DNA of 63,715 nucleotides, counting the filler. It is 7 parts of 7 records of this genome, joined end to end, with 100 filler letters (N's around TTAATTAATTAA, not from the genome) between each part and the next. Parts side by side here need not be neighbours in the genome. Positions count along the whole stretch, not along the records: positions 58,583 to 63,715 come from DRR723986_6315; 6 more parts are not named here. One strand, given 5' to 3'. The translations under genes and the position numbers were made by a program. Below, one piece after another: positions 58,583-63,715 of the stretch. Numbering within the stretch: the first letter of the stretch is position 1; each line of letters begins with the position of its first letter. The notes beneath the pieces are model-generated. The model was not told the origin of the DNA and searched no databases. It saw only the letters and a program-made list of their open reading frames with translations.

Positions 58583-60490
58583 GGAATATTCCATCATCTG
58601 CGCGGTCTCATCCGCCACCGCCAGCAGGTCTCGGACCGAAACAGTCGCGCCGCCGGTGATCTGGTAGACCATTGCGTGCGCCGTCGCGGCCCCCACCGAT
58701 CCGGCCAGTTCGCGTTCCAGCATCTTCAGGAAATCGGGGTTCGGTTCCGGCAGGCTGGCCGCCCGGCCCTGTGCTGCCGCCGCCTGTTGAAACAACCGCC
58801 CGGCCCGGCCGGTGCCCAGAATCCGCTGCGCCATGATCAACAGGTCATCGGCCGCCGCCGCCCCGCCCTGCCAGCCGGGAGTCGGGGCGGAATGGTCGAA
58901 AACATTGACGAATTGCGCGCCTTGCAGCCGTTCCATCGGCGACGGGAAGGTGGTCAGCGAGACGAAGGTAAAGAGGAACGTGTTGACCCCAAGCGACAGC
59001 ACCATCGCGGTCAGCAGCGGGTCCGCCCCCTGAATGCCAAGCGGTGTTGCGGGCCTGAGCCAGCCGATGCCGAACGGCCCATGTTCCAGCATCCCCTGCA
59101 TCAAGCCCGAGGTCGCGGCATTGGGCATCAAGAGCACCCAGGCCCAGATCGCAAACCCTGCCGCGATCCCCGCCATGGCCCCGGCGCGCGTCGCCCCGCG
59201 CCAGAATATACCGCCCAGAAGCGCCGGCAGCACCTGCGCCACGCCCAGAAAGGCAATGAGCCCGATGGACGCCAGCGCCACCGATCCGCCGGAACTTCGA
59301 TAGTAGATCAGCCCCAGAAACAGCACCCCGATGATCGACAGCCGCCGCGCCATCAGCGCCACGCGGCGCATGTCGCCCGACATCGGGTCTTCGCCCTTGG
59401 TCACCCACAGCCAGATCGGCACGATGATATGGTTCGACAGCATCGTGGACAGCGCCAGCGCCGCGACGATGACCATTGAGGTGGCCGAGGAAAAACCGCC
59501 CAGAAACACCAGCAGCGCCAGCAGATCCTGATCGAAGGCCAAGGGCAGCGTCAGAACATAGAGATCCGGGTTCGCGCCCTCGGGCAGCACCTGCAACCCC
59601 ACCACCGCGATCGGCAGCACGAACAAGGACATCAGCAGCAGATATAGCGGAAACGCCCAGGCCGCCGTGGACAGGTGCCGTTCATTGGCGTTTTCCACCA
59701 CCAGCACCTGAAACATGCGCGGCAGGCACAGGATGGCGGCGGCCGACAGCACCGTCAGCCCGACCCATCTGGCCCCGTTCGAGCGCCACTCGGATATCGG
59801 GCTGGCCTCGATCCGCGCAAGAATGTCCGATGGCCCCTCCGCCACGCCCCAGACCACGAAGACACCCACGGCCAGCAGCGCCGCAAGCTTCACGATGGCC
59901 TCCAGCGCGATGGCCGAGACCAGACCCGGGTGGCGTTCGTTCACGTCAAGGCTGCGGGTGCCGAAGATGATGGTGAACAGCGCCAGCCCCCCCGCGACCC
60001 AGACCGCCGTAGTATCGGTTCCAAGCGCGGCAAATTCCCCCGGATCGGCAAAGACCGAAAAGGACAGCGTCACCGACTGCAATTGCAATGCCACGTAGGG
60101 CGTGGTGCCAATGACCGCCAGCACCGTGACCAGCGCCGCCAGCGCGCCGGACTTGCCGTAGCGGCTGGAAATCATGTCGGCGATCGAGGTGATCCGCTGC
60201 GCCCGCCCGATCCTGACCATTTTTCGCAACAGCCAGAACCAACCGATGAAGACCAGCGTCGGGCCGAGATAGATGGTCATGAACTCCAACCCCGACCGCG
60301 CCGCCGAGCCGACCGCGCCATAGAACGTCCAGGCTGTGGTATAGATCGACAGCGACAGGGTGTAGACAAGCGGCGAGTTCAGCCAGCGGGCATTGCCCTC
60401 GGTCGCACGCTTCTCCGCCAGAAAGGCGATGCCGAACAGCGCCACCACATAAAGAACGCAAATGGCGACCAGACCGTCGAGCGACAGCAT
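58583..60490 (-). CDS. sodium:solute symporter-like domain sensor histidine kinase (CrbS/MxtR/PrlS type), 3'-truncated
   Basis: YTLSLSIY.TAWTFYG.VG, SIADMISSRYGKS, PY.ALQL, STAC-like ERELAGSVGAATAH; kinase domain lies beyond the break. Confidence 0.88.
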
Positions 60491-60774
60491 CAGCCGCCCT
60501 CCGACCCGTCAGACGGGGGCCACGCGCCGTCCTCTCCCGGGAACACGCGGCCAATGGCATAGGACAGGGCCGCCGACAGGATCACCAGCCCGAACCAGAC
60601 GCCAAGGAAATAGACCATCCATCCCGCCGTTCCACCGCCCACACCGGTGTCAGAGGTCAGGATGAAGACCGGCCCGAAGAACAGAAAGGCCCCCAGAACC
60701 GGCGCCAGCCGCGCCGCGTCCTGCAGGCGGTTGCGCCAATAGGTGCGGCGTTCGAGAAACAGGCGGCGGCTCAT
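60490..60774 (-). CDS. small 2-TM membrane protein
   Basis: FLERRTY.R.RLQDAARL.P.LG; translationally coupled on both sides. Confidence 0.8.
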   Translation of the reverse strand: MSRRLFLERRTYWRNRLQDAARLAPVLGAFLFFGPVFILTSDTGVGGGTAGWMVYFLGVWFGLVILSAALSYAIGRVFPGEDGAWPPSDGSEGG

Positions 60775-61157
60775 GTCCCGGCCTTTTGCCCGCCCGTCGC
60801 CACCCTGCGCAGGGTCTCCACCATTTCGGAATTGGAAAAGGGCTTGGTCAGGTAGGCATTGGCCCCAAGCGCCAGCGCCAGATCTCGATCCTTGGACTGG
60901 CCCTTGGCGGTCAGCATCAGAACCGGCAGATCGGCGGTTTCGGGCTGGCCGCGCAGATCGCGCAGAATGTCCAGCCCCGACCGCCCCGGCAGCATCACAT
61001 CGAGCACCAGCACATCGGGGTTGAGCCGTGCAATTTCCTGCAACGCCGTCGCGCCATTGCCATGGCCCGAGACCTCCCAGCCATCGCGCGACAACAGAAA
61101 ACTGATCGCCTCGAAAATGTTGATCTCGTCCTCGACGAGCAGAACGCGGCTCCCCAA
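60771..61157 (-). CDS. single-domain response regulator
   Basis: LLVEDE, LDVMLPG, MLTA, TKPF. Confidence 0.93.
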   Translation of the reverse strand: MGSRVLLVEDEINIFEAISFLLSRDGWEVSGHGNGATALQEIARLNPDVLVLDVMLPGRSGLDILRDLRGQPETADLPVLMLTAKGQSKDRDLALALGANAYLTKPFSNSEMVETLRRVATGGQKAGT

Positions 61158-61251
61158 GCTGGCCCCTCCCTGCCTCGTTGCGGATTACACCGGTTAGCTT
61201 GCCGATGCCCCGGCCATTGTCAAACACTTGTTGGACCTGACGAATATCGCC

Positions 61252-62583
61252 CTAGCCAAAGCTGCCCCCGGCCCGGCGCGCGGTGCAGGTCTCTCGCGGA
61301 CACAGCGCGCAACCCGGCCCGACCGGCACCGCGCCGGGAATGTCGGGTGTCTCGTCCGGCAAGGCCCGCAGCAGCATCGTGGCTTCCATCACCGGTTCCG
61401 CCCCGAACCCCGCAGGGCCAATCGGCTGGCACACGGCCCAGGCCCGGAAGCGGCTGCCATCAGGCAGATCCAGCACCGCGCGGTCAGGCACCATGGGTCG
61501 GCCAAGCGCCCGGTAAAGCGGCCAGAGCGGGCAGCCTGACCCATAGCGCGGAATGGAAAAGGCGTTGATCCGGCGGCGGAATACCAGCGCCCCCGACGCA
61601 TCGCAAATCGCCAGACCAAACGCCGGCACCGCCTCTGCCCCGCCTTGTGGCAGCGCCGCCAGACGCCTGAGCAGCAGCGCCGCGTCTCCACCTGCCAGCG
61701 GCAACAAAGCCTGCGGTTCGAAATCCACCTCCTCCGCCGCCGCAAGCACCCCGGCCAGCGGCAACCGAACCGCATCGGCCGCATAGCGCGCCAGATGACG
61801 CGCCGCCAGATCGCGCGCCGCCTCATCGGCCAGCGCCCCCATCTGCGCCAGAACCTCGGGGATCGCCGCCGCGCCGCCGGACTCGATCTCTGGGAAATGG
61901 TGCCCGGCCAGTTCGAACACCGCCTCCACCTGTTCCTGCGGGGTTGTCAGCGTTTCCGCCCGTGCGCCCTGCCCTTCGAAATGCGCCAGAAGTGCCGTGG
62001 CGCTGATCGACAGGCGTTCTGCCTCTTCATGCAGGTTTCGATGGAACCGCCCGCGCCATTGCGGGTCCAGATCGGGTTCGCGCACCAAAATGTCGGAGGT
62101 CGATCGGATCGCGGCCACGGTCGACAGAACCTCATGCATCGATTCCGCCAGCACCGGGTCATGGCTCAACCGGTCCTGCAAGCCTTCCACGGCCGCTTCC
62201 AGTGCAGCAATCCGTTTTTGTTGTTCGCCGATCAGCCCGGTCCAACCGGGAAAGCGCCCGGCCAGTTCCTCGATCCTGTCGGTCTCCACCGGCGGTCCGA
62301 AACTGCGCACCGTTTCGCGTGCCGCAGCCTGCAACATATCCGACAGGGTCGCATCCATGCCCTCGGTCAGACGCGAGGGCTCCACCCTCAGCGCCCGCGC
62401 CAGCGCCAGCAGCAGCTTGCCGCCGATCTTGCGCTTGTTGTGCTCGATCAGGTTGAGATAGCTCGCTGAAATATCGACCGCCTGCGCCAGATCGCTCTGC
62501 CGCATCTTCAGCGCCATGCGCCTCTCTCGAATGCGTGTGCCGGTCAGCGATTGCCGCCGCACCGGATTTTGCCGGTCTCGCAT
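61252..62583 (-). CDS. XRE short-chain fatty acyl-CoA regulator (ScfR; RamB/PccR-like)
   Basis: ISASYLNLIEHNKR.IGG, RFPGW, GCPLWP, C-terminal GPGCALCPR..C.AR. Confidence 0.9.
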   Translation of the reverse strand: MRDRQNPVRRQSLTGTRIRERRMALKMRQSDLAQAVDISASYLNLIEHNKRKIGGKLLLALARALRVEPSRLTEGMDATLSDMLQAAARETVRSFGPPVETDRIEELAGRFPGWTGLIGEQQKRIAALEAAVEGLQDRLSHDPVLAESMHEVLSTVAAIRSTSDILVREPDLDPQWRGRFHRNLHEEAERLSISATALLAHFEGQGARAETLTTPQEQVEAVFELAGHHFPEIESGGAAAIPEVLAQMGALADEAARDLAARHLARYAADAVRLPLAGVLAAAEEVDFEPQALLPLAGGDAALLLRRLAALPQGGAEAVPAFGLAICDASGALVFRRRINAFSIPRYGSGCPLWPLYRALGRPMVPDRAVLDLPDGSRFRAWAVCQPIGPAGFGAEPVMEATMLLRALPDETPDIPGAVPVGPGCALCPRETCTARRAGGSFG

Positions 62584-62658
62584 CAGACCTGATCCCTCGG
62601 GTTTCACACCGATGGATTAACAGAAAATCCGTTTCTTGGCAAAGCCTTGATGGTGGCT

Positions 62659-62967
62659 TTACAGCGTCGTGCCGATCAGCATGTCGGGCTGTACATTTGT
62701 AAAGTTGGGGATGTCCTCCAGCAAGGGCCCCGCCGCGCCAAGCCCAGCCTTCATCGCCGCCTCATCGGGAAATATCAGCGTCGCCACGGCAAAATATCCC
62801 GGAGGCGCATCAGGCCCACCGGCCAGCCCCTTGGTCACCATGGCATCGGCCAGACCATGTGGCCCCATCACCTTGCCAACCATCGGAAGATGGGTGTCCA
62901 CATAATAGTCATAGTCGAACGTCTTGCCCTCACCGGTGGGGTAGATCACCTGAACCGTCATCGCCAT
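62659..62967 (-). CDS. EthD family protein
   Basis: V.YP...FD.DYY...H.P; DIPNFT.VQP. Confidence 0.9.
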   Translation of the reverse strand: MAMTVQVIYPTGEGKTFDYDYYVDTHLPMVGKVMGPHGLADAMVTKGLAGGPDAPPGYFAVATLIFPDEAAMKAGLGAAGPLLEDIPNFTNVQPDMLIGTTL

Positions 62968-63104
62968 ATCATGTTCCTCCCAAAGAAGGGCAGCCTAGCA
63001 CGGAATTGCGTAAAGCTTCGAATTTCGTGCTTTTCCCGGGCCGCGCAACGATCACAGACCTCTGACCCAAAGCATCGCCTCACCACGGGCACCAGAATAG
63101 AGCG

Positions 63105-63132
63105 GCGCGGCCCTCGTCAGAGGACCGCGCCA
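63105..63132 (-). terminator. hairpin after the SBP gene
   Basis: GGCGCGGCCCTC-GTCA-GAGGACCGCGCC. Confidence 0.55.
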
Positions 63133-63153
63133 CATTTTGTTTGAAGGGCGCTG

Positions 63154-63714
63154 TTACTGGCCAAGCGCCATATCGGTGACGACATGGGTGAACGCGCCTT
63201 CGGGCTCCGCCGTGATCACCGGGTCGGAGCCACCGGCCAGCAGAGTATCCACCGTGCGCTGATAGGCGGCCTCGTCCAGGCGGCCATCAGACCCCGCGGT
63301 CAGCAGCGCGATCTCGCCCATCATGCGAACCTGGTGCGCCTCGGTCTGCGCGCCGGTCTCGTCATAATCCAGAACGATCATCGCCGCCTCATCGGGGTTT
63401 TCCTCGGCCCAGTCCCAACCGCGCATCGAAGCGCGCACGAAGCGGGCCATACGGTCAACGAATTCCGGGTCGTTCAGGTTCTCCTCCAGCACCCACATGC
63501 CGTCTTCCAGCGTCGCAACGCCCTGATCTTCATACTGGAAGGTGATCAGATCATCGGGGCTGACGCCCGCATCCAGCACCTGACCGTATTCGTTATAGGT
63601 CATGGTCGAGATACAATCCGCCTGCCGCTGCAACAGCGGATCGACGTTGAAACCCTGCTGAAGCACGGTCACGCCGCCCTCGGACCCGTCGGTCGGAATG
63701 CCGAGCTGGCTCAT
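63154..63714 (-). CDS. NMT1/THI5-like ABC substrate-binding protein, 5'-truncated
   Basis: QGFNVDPLLQRQADCISTMTYNE, ATLEDG, FVRASMRGW..A..NP. Confidence 0.88.
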   Translation of the reverse strand: MSQLGIPTDGSEGGVTVLQQGFNVDPLLQRQADCISTMTYNEYGQVLDAGVSPDDLITFQYEDQGVATLEDGMWVLEENLNDPEFVDRMARFVRASMRGWDWAEENPDEAAMIVLDYDETGAQTEAHQVRMMGEIALLTAGSDGRLDEAAYQRTVDTLLAGGSDPVITAEPEGAFTHVVTDMALGQ

Positions 63715-63715
63715 C

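Overview
This window is not one continuous locus. It is seven alphaproteobacterial contigs (1-6651, 6752-19911, 20012-29650, 29751-36878, 36979-43932, 44033-58482, 58583-63715) joined by 100-nt N44-TTAATTAATTAA-N44 linkers. Gene content is mostly Rhodobacteraceae/Roseobacter-like, and codon style differs between contigs, so they probably come from several organisms. Contig 1: formate dehydrogenase accessory cluster (mrp, a TupA-like/cytochrome c fusion, polyferredoxin, DUF3305/3306, TorD, Tat peptide, fdhA 5' end). Contig 2: 5' fragment of a permuted tmRNA gene, dinB-acuI, aminotransferase, an RpoE-type promoter before photolyase-cfa-trgA-trgB-cysK, then mscS, alaX and an AI-2E transporter. 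Contig 3: amino-acid ABC importer plus two divergent Lrp/enzyme pairs (methionine gamma-lyase; PDH-E1/transketolase-like), separated by a 105-bp palindromic element. Contig 4: RND end, ABCB, DUF2855, LysM, LOG, rarD, sodB. Contig 5: mfd, hemB, an FNR-box-preceded dksA/traR paralog with a structured spacer and a 52-aa acidic-tailed peptide, and others. Contig 6: znuB, a 15-bp tandem array, a large RTX/8-repeat/Hint protein, and a DeoR-IMPase-peptide ABC-amidohydrolase operon whose fused ATPase has one coherently degenerate site. Contig 7: SSS-histidine kinase, response regulator, ScfR-type regulator, EthD and an NMT1-type SBP. I saw no CRISPR, rRNA, tRNA, transposase or phage gene. All family assignments come from motif recognition, not database searches.
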